In this document: positions 50,362 through 62,640 of the stretch, piece by piece | Layout of the letters: each line of letters opens with the position of its first letter | Numbering within the stretch: the stretch's first letter is position 1 | DNA from: Orbicella franksi | Lineage: Eukaryota | Length of the DNA stretch: 64,000 nucleotides | Direction: 5' to 3' | Assembly (NCBI GenBank): GCA_964199315.1 | Contig: OZ116698.1 | Location: 12,772,001-12,836,000 of the forward strand | Notes under the pieces: generated by a model | The model's input: only the letters and a program-made list of their open reading frames with translations | The model's database searches: none | Told to the model about the DNA's origin: nothing | Made by a program: the position numbers and the translations under genes

Positions 50362-52460
50362 CCATCTAAATATCAAAGAAATCGATACTGAATACTGAAC
50401 GTGAGTGAATATACCCTAGCTAAAACTGGAATATCTGAGTGATATTCCCCAATTTTTAAAAGATCCAGTGTGTTGGGAAATACATTTGAAGGATAATTAA
50501 CACAATAGCCTCCATTTGTCTTCAATATATAAACAATGACCTCTGATCCATTTGCTCGGATATTTATCCGTAGCCTACGTAACTTGGCGGTTTAAGCAAT
50601 CATTTAAGGTGGCTGAACACAGTTTTCGCGCGCACTTTTGTTGATGCAATTCAGCGCGCGCACAAGGATTGGAAAAACAATTATGCCGTCAATAGAGCGA
50701 TCCAGCGATCATTTTATTTACTCAACACCCCCACTATCTGTGCTATTTTTCTCTATATTTGAACGCAGTGTATTGATGGCTTCAGTCTTCTATTACAAAG
50801 ATATATTAGAAAAGGTAACGATGCAAAGAATCCAGCAATTCTCAGCTTTTTCTTGGTTACCGAAAGAACCCAGTTAAATGCAGCGCATGCGCAGTTGCTC
50901 GAAAAATTGAGACCGATTGCTTTTGCAGAAACTTGCCGATTTCTAACGATCCAGTCGTTAGAATTTCAAGAAATTTGGCAAAAAATTGTTCAGATACCAC
51001 GTGAATGATCTATCGCAAAAATCTGAATTTTGACATAAGGAATTTTAATAATACAGAACATGCAGTGAAAACGATTTACGGCGAATTACGAAAATCGTCT
51101 ATGTCAAACTTTTATTAGAACAGTGTTGAAAGAAGGGATTTAATGTCAATTCATAGTGGGTAAATGATGAAAAAATCTAACGACTGGATTTTTTTAAATA
51201 AACAAACACCATTTTTTAAGCCTTGTTTTTAACCAGCCCCGTCGCCATAGAAACAGCACACACGTTTGCCAAAATGCGAGAATAAACCCTTCTGTGTTTA
51301 ACCTTGACTCTTGCAAAAAAACGGGCGCCAAAGCATAAATAGTTTAAAAGTAATGGTGAATTAGGCATAGGCACTTGAAAACTGTGTTCGGCCACCTTAA
51401 GCAATTTGTGAGAGCGCACAAAGCTGCGAAGCCGCGAAAACGAGCTCTCCCAGGCTCTTCGCGGCTTCGCTTGTTATCGCGGCTCCGCCTCTTTCTTAGC
51501 GCGCTCAAATTGCTTAAAAACCGCCAAGGTAATTTGTCCGCGGGCATTATCGGTTCCGAGAAGCGAACAGTTTTTCGAGAGCGTAGCGCGAGGAAAACTG
51601 TGAGCTTGGAAGAACAGATAATTTCCAAGGACAAATATCAGAGCATGTTGCGCCAAATGGAGGCTATCATGTTAGCCTTCAAATAATTTTCGCAACACGC
51701 GCGGTTTTGAAAATTGGGGAAGATCACTCGGATATTCCTCTGTTTTAGCTGGGGAATATTCAGTCACGTGATGCGTTTAGACCAATCGTGGGCGAGCGAA
51801 AATATTTGACGGATCATAAGCACGGATATTTGCTCTTGGATATTACAGTTGGACCTGGCTAATTCTAACTCGGTCATTTCGTATTCCCCGTTATTTCGAA
51901 CTCAAAACCATTTCCCTTGGATTTTCCTTTCAGTCGTTTACTATCGGCTATATTTCGAACAATTTTTCGTTTCCCTTGAGTTCGAACTTCGAAGCCAGGC
52001 CTTATCACTTCTCTTGCTCATGCCAAGGCCCCGCCGGCTAAGAGAAGCAAAAAGGGCTATGGGGAAGAGGAAGCTCGTAGCGTTGGTCGACTGATTCAGA
52101 CGACGATCTATGTCTGTTCACTTTTAAAAGGTAAGGAAAGTCACTGTAAGTAAATCCAAATTAGTGTTTTAAAGTACAGAGGGAAAGCAGTTGTGAGAGT
52201 TTATTTGGTTGTTTGTAGGTCAGCGCTGTTAAATTAGCGTGTAATATTAAAATGCACGGCATAGTAGATCGTTCGAACGCTTGATTCTTGTAAACGTGGT
52301 GTTGAAAATCTCAAGTTTTGCAAGGTTTGAGCTACTCTTGCATAACTCTTGTTTTTCCTGTTTTGGAGACCACATATTATAAGCTTATTGTGATCTTTGT
52401 TCAAGTGAATTTATACACCGAACACAATCGAACGCAATCTATTGGATTGTGTTCCACCTA

Positions 52461-53857
52461 TGTACCAGTCAAATCGAAGCTTCAACATCCCCTTCCCTCC
52501 CCCCCCCCCCCCCCCCGAGCAAGCCCCTGGGCATTGGAATTTTTGGGCCAGGCCAGGCCAAAAAGCTGTTCAAATGCCCCATCATAGGTCCATTTCAGGT
52601 GATCAAATGCCCCCACCCCCGGGAAAATTACCAGATTACTGTTTTAAATTTTCAGTAACTTCTATTATGATGACACAATTTGTAACACAACTGAGGCTCT
52701 AATTAAACTGGTATGACGATAACAGAACGAGCGGGCTTTCAGACATGAGTAGAACAGAACGAGGCTCAAAGCCATGCATGCCTATAACTAGTGTACCACT
52801 GTCCGGTACTGGTGGGCAACCAAAGCCCTTCATGCCACGAGGCACGAGGAGGACAGGTAACAGGTAGTAACCAAAGAGAACCAATAACAAAGGTGACAAA
52901 TGTTGATGTGGAATCATTATCAATAAACGTCTAATATAAAAGTACAGAGTTTTGTCAATGTGGATCGACTGCATGTAAGTATTACACTAGACCAATGTTC
53001 TACTCATAGAGAAACACATAGATATATTTCAATTTAAGATATATATATTTAATACTTCTGTTTCGATTGAAGCCAATTTTGTTAAACATTGGATACATCA
53101 GTAAAAGAGAAACAATCGCAAAGTTGCCAAATTTTGATGTCAAATTATTAAACCTTTAATTATGTAAACTTTTATTAGTAAAATTGAAGTAATCATATTA
53201 GCACTCTGTCGATGTGGAACATAACTATTAATTTATATGCTACAACTGCTGTGTAAGTGTATCAGTGCGAACTTTCAAATTTGTGTAGTTTTTAAAATGA
53301 ACGATAATAAACTATTTAAAGAATATATGAGTGGAAAATTTTTTTTTTTCTGTTGAAATCATTGTTGTTTCTTCCTTGCTCTTGTTTCTTTTGCTTTCTG
53401 CAATGCCTTTGCACAGTTTTCCTTCTTTTTCTGAAGATGGCTTACCCAAATCTTCACCTCGTTTAAGGAAAGGCAACACTTTTTAGCCAATGTGATAAGG
53501 CCGTCTTCTGCTTCAATCCCCTTCTTCAAGGCCTCTTCAATAATTATAATACAGAACAAAGCTTGGATAGGCCTTTGGTTTTCAACCACTCCGCCACGAA
53601 TCCGCAATCTTTTCCTTTGAATTCATCAAAGTTTGTCTCTGCCATGATTTATCAACCCACGTGGAATGAGCGGGACACGTGACATGAAATCGAGGCTAGC
53701 GATCAAATTCTCCACCCCCTATGAGTGGTGATCAAATGCCCCGACCCCAGGAAGAGTAAGATGATAAAATTTCCCCCCCCCCTTGGGGCCATAAAAGGCG
53801 TCAAATGCCCGGGGTATGCCTGGGGGGGGATGTTGAAGCTTCAATTTGACCGGTACA
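52461..53857. mobile_element. Non-autonomous DNA transposon with ~30-bp TIRs and decayed internal coding fragments
   Basis: TGTACCAGTCAAATCGAAGCTTCAACATCCCC / GGGGATGTTGAAGCTTCAATTTGACCGGTACA. Subterminal tcaaatgcccc repeats. Minus-strand remnant MAETNFDEFKGKDCGFVAEWLKTKGLSKL plus a helical fragment (53359-53646). Confidence 0.75.
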
Positions 53858-55714
53858 TTAGTTCCGATGCCGAACTCAATCGAACACAATCTAATCACAG
53901 GTGGCCCAAGCTCATAAATGTTTGATTGCTACAAATTGAGTTTGATGAGTTTCATTGGGTGTGATTTCCGAACATTCTGTTGACTATGCTAGGTGTAATG
54001 CAGGAATCCATGTAAACCCCCATTCTCCCCACCCCAGGACAAGGTGGGGATTTGTTACAAACCTATTTCAAATGTTAAAATATTTCCCGTACACTGGGGA
54101 AGTTGTCTGCCTACCAAAGTCCTCAAATGCTTCCACCATGTGGGGCTTCCTTAGCCTAAGATATTGGAAAAGCAAGAACATTAAAGCACAGTTCTGTAAA
54201 ATAATATATCAGTACTACATAACCAGCTGGAGTAGTCAGTCTCAATAATACTCTTTAGCAGAAATGGTCGTTAAAAGGGCATTTTGTTTTGGTCAAAATC
54301 ATTAGTTACGCATACAAACCAGTGGAAAGAGGGCATATCCATTCACCCTCTGGGGCACACCGGAGAGCCCCAGACAGCCAAGGTGGAACCACTCCACTGA
54401 ACATTTAGGGCTGTCTCACAGGCAATCATCTTTCCATGCTCTCCTTGGCCACAGAAGCAAAACACATAATTTCCTACTTGGGGATGGTTAAATACAAATA
54501 ATTATTTCCCAATCCCCACCCCCTCAGGGGTGCGATTTCCCTTAAATCCCCTTCTTTTTTGACTAATCCCCACCTTGTCCTGGGATGGGGGGAAGGGTGG
54601 GGGTTTACATTGACTCCTGCATAACAGCATGTCATCTTGTGTTTCTCTTGCCTTGAACAACTTTACTTCAAGTGAGTCAATATAATTTTTTTTATGGAGA
54701 CTTGAGTTGACCTTTTCAATCATTGCTGTATTTAAGAGAGAAATGGCAGACACAATTTTTTGTCAATTGTTAAATGAATTAGGCAGTATAGTTTCAAAAA
54801 AAGGACCCAAAATGTTCTTTGATTAATGTTGTATTTTAGCATCTTGGGAATATTTCTGAGGAAACAAGCAATCCAAAATTTGTTCTTAGAGTAAAAAAAG
54901 TCTTACTTCCAGTGAAATTGTTGACCCTTTTACAGTGGCAATGTCATACACCATGAAATGCAAGGTCAAATGCACAACTTGGCTATATAAAAGACCATTT
55001 AAAACGAATGAAATTTTAAGAACTGCACAGTTAAATGACTAGGATGTGTTTTCTAATTTTCAGGGGACAGTGGGGTGGGGGGGGGGGGGGGTTGGGAGCC
55101 AGGAGATACAGGTGCAGGAAGTTCAGACCCCTGTCCCCCTGCTACCCCTCTGCTTTGTACAATGCAAAATTTCACTCCAGAAGAACAATTATTTTGGAGA
55201 ACTTAACTGGTGAACTAAATGCATAATAAGTAGTTAGTAATGAATCTGTTCCTAAATACAAAATTGTGATTGTATCTAGTATCTGAGTTACTTGTTGTGA
55301 AGAGTTTTTTTTATGAATGATCTGTAGATGGCACGTAAGCCAATTCAATAACACAGTTGCATAAAGAAGTCCATTTCTTAAAACCCATTAACCACAGGAA
55401 AAAATATATACATGTCAATTGCCAACCTAGCTATAGGTCTGTCATACTCCAGACCTTGGGCACAGTTTTTCCCATTACAGGCCTTAACTGGCTGGCAAAT
55501 AACATGTTTATTTGTTTTCTTTTGTTTATTTGCTCTCATCGTATTCAACTAGATTGTATTCACCCTGTGGTCAAGGTGGCTTCAGTTCAAGCAACTCCAC
55601 TTCCTAGTACAGAGAAGTATTACATGACAACCCAAATGACAGCTGTGAGAGATAATTAGAAGAAGGTTGACACTTAAAATGGTCTCGAGGGAATCACCCC
55701 ATGAGAGATAGACC

Positions 55715-58710
55715 ATGCAGGGGGTGGTTAGAGGGAACACAAACTGGGTAGAATTGAGAGAGCAGCGAAGGAAAGAAAGGCAAGATGAGCTAGGAGTTTG
55801 TCGGATCAGAAGGATTGAAGAGGACCAAAACGCACAAACTCTTGGCTCTGGCTTCGTGGTTAAGGATTTGCCAATAATTGAAGGCCTTCCTTGCCCTTAT
55901 TGTCTGATATCAAGTGACAAAGTCTTTCCCAGTGACTGTAACATACAAAGTTATTACTTGGACTTTAGGAAGCTAAATACACAGAAGTTGAAAACAATCA
56001 AGTTAGAAGACATTGCTGGGAATACCCACATTACTCAATTTCCTGGCCTTGTTGTAATTCCCATCAACCCTTCTAAGAAATGCAAAAGAAATCAAAGCAT
56101 TTTTACTTATCGACCATTCAAAGTTGCCAGCGAAGGAGTTCAACCAAATGAGGACTTACTGTGTCATTTTGTAGACGATGGGCAGACAATATTTTCTGTG
56201 AAAGGGCTAACGCTGAGCCGATCAGGGACCATTCCTGTGTACCAACTCCATGAAGTCCACGAACATCCTTACAGAACATATGAAGAAGTTACTGGTAGAG
56301 GGGATCGTAAGCCCTATGGTGCTGCCATCTTAAAGCGTAGTAGCAATGAATTTATGGTTGCTGGAGCCCTGACCTTTAGAGATAATGATCGTCGCGACAT
56401 ATCTCCTGTGTTTTTCACAGGTAAGTATGTATAAAATTGCTAAAATTGTCAGATTCATTCAATTTACGATAAAACACAGTTGCCTGGCCTAATAACACTG
56501 AAACAATGGAACAGCCAAAATGGGGGAATGCCATAATGTAATTAACACTAGACAGACTTGTCTTATAACTTTAATTAAATGTCATTACATTTGGGATGTT
56601 AGTCAACAAGAGGTTGTCAGTTTATTTGTTGTGCCCTATTAATCTGGGTCATTCACCAGTGAATTTGAGCCCTCTCATTGAGTTACAAGTACAATACTTG
56701 AAAGACTTCCAAAAGCATGAGTCCTTTAAGATGCACGCAAATTGGCATGAGACTCTTTATGCTTAAAAGAAATGCGGCTCACGTTAACACTTTGCAATAT
56801 TCACATGTAACAACATTTTTAGTAAAAGAAAATCATTACTGAAATAACAACGAAAGAGAAACTAACCCTTTACTCAAAGCGAAGAAGATAACATAATCTA
56901 CCAAACTTAATCTGTTGAAGCCATGAAGAAGCAACTTTGCATTTGTAGTTTTCATGAATGACATTTCAAGCCACCTCAAGTCAAAACTTAGTCTGATAAC
57001 AATCATTGCCTTTTATAAGTGGTAACAAGTACAATTTCACCCCAGTGGCTTTCATTAAAAATTTTTATCTTTATCCGAAGTTCAGGTTTTGGAGTTTGTT
57101 AAAAATTATTCAGCATACACAGTTCCATTGAGGCTACCTTGAAGCTTTCTTCATGAAATTCCTTGCGCAACATCCACGGTTTGACACTCGCACAGCTGGT
57201 ACGCAATTTACAACAACTTCAACAAAGCAGTTTTTTCCCTGCAGAAAGGTCCATACTGAAGCTTCAAAGTAAATTCCATCTATGGGCTTCTAATTAAAAT
57301 CATGCAGAGAAGCTTGTTCACACACGAAAGTCAACAAAAATCTTATCTTTCGTCTTTAAACTATAAAGCACGACAGAGCACTTGGGTAGTTGTCGCCATT
57401 AAAAGCTCCAGTTCGTCTAGATGCAATCGGCATGTTTAATTAAATAAACATGTCTTCACAGCTTGTACTTTAAGATTGAGCCGTAATAAAATATTAGTAG
57501 GGACTTAAAGATACGTTACGGGAAGGTGCTACTACGGCTACTTTGGCTGTGAGGGACGAGGCTGACAATGGTGTTTTACCCGCCAAACTCGATCAAATGA
57601 TTAAGATTTTGCTGTACGGCAACGGTATGTGCAGTCTTTACGTGTCTTTACAAAAATGACTACTTTCAAGGAGACCAGAGATTATTCTACTTTCATAGGA
57701 AATAGGCTTGATTAATGACAATGATTTCCTTCTCCTGTATCCGTCTTACATCTCCCAGAACTCATATTTGCCTTTTAGAACTTGATAGAACCACCTGTGG
57801 CACCGCCTGTAATTTCAACCGCAAAACAAAATATAAACTCTGATATAAAAAAGCTCAATTTCAACACGTTCAGGTTGCTCATACAACGATTACGTGATAA
57901 ACCCGCAAATACAAAACTTTTGATCATAATAAATATATTTTGAACAGTTAAATAAATAATTATAGCTCAGATTAGTACATGCAAAGCTTTCGTATCTACG
58001 GTTATTCGGCCCAATACTAATATGACTGAATTGATCATCTCGCGGTTGGTGTTAAAATGGTTCAAGTTTTCTGTACAAATGACAAAGAAACAATGATCTT
58101 AAAACTGATTTTTATGATTGAGAACTTTGTCTTCAAACTAGGCTGTTCAAACAGTGAAAAAAACGTTAAAATGAGAAGTAAACAGCAGGCTTATACTTGC
58201 GTAGTGAAGAGTACGTGAAACCAGGCACTTTCCCGTAGTAGAAGGCAAGGCTACAGCGGGAAAGCTATACTGGTACACGCGTCATGACGTCACCGGAAGT
58301 GATCTTCACTATCTACCGCCGTACAACAGCCTAGCTGTACCATATCTTAAAGTCCCTAGTAATAGGTAATCATAGGGTTTCAAGTTCAATTTGGAATTAA
58401 TTAGCACGAGTGAGTTTTACAAAAACATGTTGCAAATTAATTCCAAATTGAATGAGAAAAACTGTACGATTACTTATTAATGATATAAACATGAAAAAAT
58501 TTGTGTGGAGAAAGTGCCAGAAGATCTTTCTTGAAGCCATTTTTCTCTCATTCGAGAAAACTTTTTTCAAAGTTTCCGCACAAAATTTTTGTCATCATTT
58601 TAGGTTATATCATTGGCTTAGAAAATTTCCTATTGTCTTTCAGCCAATCATAATCCAGAATTATGATGTGCAATTTGCACTAGTGTTACACGTTTTGCAC
58701 TGGTGTTACA

Positions 58711-58742
<32 letters not shown>

Positions 58743-61375
58743 TGAGTAATTTTCATATTTATTATTAAAACTTTAACTAGCTATGGCTTACGATAGGTTT
58801 AGAGTGGCAGTTGCTTCGAGGGTCAACCTGGAAGAAGTTTATCTCAAGATCAAATTTAACGCACCATCGCCAGGATTTGCGTTTCAGTAATGAGAATGTA
58901 CAAGTTCTCGGTGGGAATTTCTATGCAAGAATTTTTTTCTCAACAAGAATTTGGTTCTCGCCGGGAATACTACCAAGATTTTACCTCCCTGCAGGATTCT
59001 CACTGGGATCCTGGAGGAGATTTTTTTTTCTTGGTGGGATCCCAGCAAGTACAGATTTCTCGGCGAGATTCTTGCTGAGATGTACGAGGGGAATTTTTCC
59101 CGGGAAGGATCCCGCCAGGAAAACAGGCTACCTTGGTGGGATCCCAGCGAGTGCCAGGAATCTTGGAATACATTAAGAGAGGGAAAACTTCATTTTAGTC
59201 CAGCATAATTAGGAGCATAACACCTCCCATGGAGCATAATTTTCAGCATGGGCATCTCATAAACTAAGACCTAAAGCCCCCTCCAAAAAAACTAGGACCC
59301 AAGACCCCCTCCAAATCTCCAAAACTAAAACCTAAGACCCTCTCAGAATCTCAAAAACTAACAGACCTAAGACTTCCTCGGCATCTCAAAAACAAGACCT
59401 CGGGGAAAAAGACCTAAGACCCAAGAACAGGCTTTGTTGTATTACACCATAGTCAATAGAGGGGAATGGTTATGAAACCTGACAAAGTTCGTTGTTATAC
59501 GTTTTTGTTCGTGTTTTTGGCCTTGAACGTGCACAAAACACAATAGTTGTTTACTCAGTACTGAGGAACTAACCAATAGAAACGTGTTGGTTATGTAATT
59601 CATGTATAGCATACGAGCGCAAAACAAAAGATTTTGCACACCGGTGGACCTTCCAACATAAATCTTGGCATCTTAACTTTGTTTGCTCCTTTGATGTTTG
59701 CCAGACTTCATAACCAGTCCTCTCTATTGGGCCTGCTAAATCTGCGAGCCACGGTGCGAGCCATGCGAGTCATGCGAGTCATGCGAGCCATTTTTGCGAG
59801 TATTTTTTTTTTCAGTTGGTATGGGAGGTCGTCGACTTTTCACCAAGAAACATAGATCTCGCGCCCGACTATCACTAAGCTATCGCTATAAAGTGCCCGC
59901 CCGCCATCTTGAAAGCAGAGATAACCCTGGGGACGAGTACAACCTCGCTCCCAGGGTACTCTCTCTTTCCCTGGGAAATTAATTTTAAATTTAGCTTCAA
60001 AAATGCCTACAATTGTAATATTCCCAAAAGAAAATCCTAATCTCGCTTCGGTTACCAGAACTATTGCTGGTGCGGCAAATATGAAAAATGCTCTAAACAT
60101 CTGTGCATCGTGCCAAGTCTTGCGTCATAGAAATGGCTGCCCTGAGTGTGATGAATTTTTTTCTTTGTTTCACATTTTTGTTGTTTGGAGAAAATTTTGT
60201 CTATTCAAATCGCCCAGGATCTGCAAGAAATAAAAACAATGCATCAAAAATTGATTAAGGTTCAAGACTAAAGTAAAGAAAATTTTCTGAGAGAAACGTA
60301 CGGCTCCACCGCCCCACCGCTACTCGAATGGGTAGGTGAATGGTATCCATGGCACCTGTCATTCATTGATATCCACGTTGAAAATCATTCAAGAAAAAAG
60401 AGAACAGTACTTCAGGGCAACTCCATGTATTGGCGTCAAGAATGGTGAGTGAATGGCGTAATTTTAACAGGTTCGCTCTTTAGGGAATCAGAGTTATCAA
60501 AACTTTGTCGGTTGGCTGACTGCTGCATGTGGTTGTCTCTTCCCTTAGAATTTAAAATTGCAAGAATTTGATATTGCGATCTTATTCATTTTGTTCCGTT
60601 GCTCTTGTTCTTGTTCTCATGTGAATATAAATGTAACAAATAAAAAATCTTAACATTTGTTCTAGGGCTCGCATGACTCGCATGACTCGCATGGCTCGCA
60701 TGGCTCGCACTGGCTCGCCTTTTGGCTCGCATGGCTCGCTGGCTCGCAGGTTTATAAAACTCCTCTCTATTAACTATGATTACACCTACTGCCTTTTAAA
60801 AACATATTGCAACAGAGAGCTCATAGTTAAGTGTAATATTTTGACTCTACCTGTAGGCAACTTTATTTAAGTATTTTAGGTGTTGTTTTCAATGAGCCCC
60901 CACAGTAGCCATTTCTCTGAGAAACTGGCCTAGGTTCTCTTTTTAGGATTACCTTTGTCTATTGTTGCTGCAAGTGCTACCAATGGATACAGTGATCAAA
61001 ACCAAAGCACTGGAGAACCAGTGGAGAGAGTAAGAGAAATGTTAGAGGAGATGGGATTCACACCATGGGCTCGTTTGAATCTTCACATGAAAGAAGCATT
61101 GAACGCCTTTTTAGAATGTTTGAGCCATACATATCATTTAGCAGTAACATTATTACAGCAAGGTAGTTTAAGAATAACTGTTCAATTCCAAACTTTGAAC
61201 AACCTCGAACTGTTGTGGAGTGATTACCAATCACGTATCCTTGATGAAAAAGCTGAGAAATATCTGGTGACAGACGACATTAAGAATAAACTTAATGTGA
61301 AGGCCGTAGCATTGAAAACAGAGATTCTTGAACAGGATTACTTGGCTTGCAAGCGTTCTCTTGAGGCCATCTCAG
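55715..61375 (+). CDS. 5' part of a multidomain protein: trypsin-like (probably inactive) domain exon 55715-56420 joined to a TRADD-N-like domain exon 60947-61375; continues downstream
   Basis: Exon 1 ends with ag|gtaagt in phase 1. Exon 2 starts ttttag|GA in phase 1 and ends ag|gtgagt in phase 1. Exon 1 motifs: VCRI..LGSGFVV..YCLISSDKVF..LVVIPI..PYGAAIL..VAGAL. Exon 2 motif: QQGSLRITVQFQTLNNLELLWSDYQSRILDEKAEKYLVTDDIK..LKTEILEQDYLACKRSL. Intervening exons cannot be excluded. Confidence 0.7.
57499..58357 (+). mobile_element. Internally deleted PIF/Harbinger-type element
   Basis: TIRs AGGGACTTAAAGATA / TATCTTAAAGTCCCT with a 3-bp flank agt/agt. A decayed transposase N-terminus (MTTFKETR..LL....GLINDNDFLLLYPSYISQN) lies at ~57655-57760. 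Confidence 0.65.
59742..60750. mobile_element. Element bounded by inverted arrays of a 9-bp repeat (catgcgag(c/t) / (a/g)ctcgcatg)
   Basis: ctgcgagccacggtgcgagccatgcgagtcatgcgag.. at 59742-59800 and ..ctcgcatgactcgcatggctcgc..tggctcgcag at 60667-60750. Confidence 0.65.
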
Positions 61376-61619
61376 GTGAGTGTTAATGATTATAAGGTTG
61401 TCTATATGCAACTATGACACAGATGTTACATGTAATTTTACATGTAGCTTAAAGGAGTGAGAGAAAATTCAAGATTGAATGGCAAAATGATGATTTTCTG
61501 ACAAATTTATTCTCACAGCTAGCTCACAAATGTCACTCAACTTTTCTTTCACTTTGTTCCTCATTCATATAAAAGCATGCGAGACATCTGAAAAAAGTCT
61601 ATTAAGTACTATTACAACA

Positions 61620-62230
61620 ACGTCTGTCTAAAAGATAATAAAAGAGGAAATCCCTGGTTTCTACAGTTCCACATAATTCCATACTTGACACTTCTCTATG
61701 TGAGGAAGTGTGGAATGCTGTGACAAATTAAACTAGGGATTTTCGAGACCTTTCCCTGTCCTTTCGACTTTTGTCAGTCTTCAATTAGTTCCAGGGCTTG
61801 AAACGATTTGAATTCTAGCTTGCCCTTCATACAAGCAGCTCTCAAATTGCCCTCTATTTAGTTGATAGACAACTTGCCTGGGCCCATCGGACTAGTGACA
61901 ACAAAAAGTTACTTGCCCAGCAGGAAAATCTACTTGTCCCAGATGAACGGACAGCACTTTTTTAGAGCCCTTAGTTCTACACTTCTCTATGTATAGAAGT
62001 GTAGAATACCGTGACAAACTGGGGATTTTCGTGACCTCTTCCCCATCCTTTCCACTGTTGTCATTCTTTACTTAGTTCTACACTTGCCTATGTGTGAAGT
62101 GCTGAATATTGTGACAAATTAGGGATTTTTAGCTATCGACTTTCCCCATCCTTTCCACTGTTGTCATTCTGAACTTGTTTCTACACTTCTCTATGTGTGG
62201 AAGTGTAGAATATCACGACAAACTAGGAAT
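61620..62230. repeat. Degenerate minisatellite (acacttctctatgtg.ggaagtg..gtgacaaa..gggatttt)
   Basis: The motif recurs at ~61688, ~61980, ~62080 and ~62183. Confidence 0.6.
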
Positions 62231-62289
62231 TTTTACATGGCTTCTTGTAAATAAGTGTCCAATTAATTAAGAACACACCTGCAATGATA

Positions 62290-62640
62290 TCCTTATCATT
62301 ACGGATTTTATTGGCCAATATTCAGCTGCTAGCCAGGATGAATAAAAGAAGCGAGAGAGAACATCCTTGCCTTACACCTCAGCCTCTGGAAAGCTTAATA
62401 CAGCCATTGGGAAAACCATTGTTTAAAGAACAGAACTTTCTATGTTTGAATAAGACACCTCAACCCAATTTCTTTTCGATACTTCAAAATTATAGTTCTT
62501 CAAGGCATGTTGAATAAAGGGTCTCTCTTTTAAAGTATCAAAAGTTTTTTGAAGATCTAATAACAGGGTTCATGGTACTCGACTGCCGAAAAAGACAAAA
62601 TAAAGTTGTATGAATTTTCAAATTTTTAAAGCCTTGATCA
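62290..62640 (-). mobile_element. Decayed L1/Tx1-like reverse transcriptase fragment
   Basis: The minus strand reads LLDLQKTFDTL and GVRQGCSLSLLF..ILANKIRNDKDI, with stops. Confidence 0.55.

Noticed and set aside
51344-51686. 96-103 aa ORFs on both strands
   Set aside because: They lie in nested inverted-repeat elements and show no recognisable domain.
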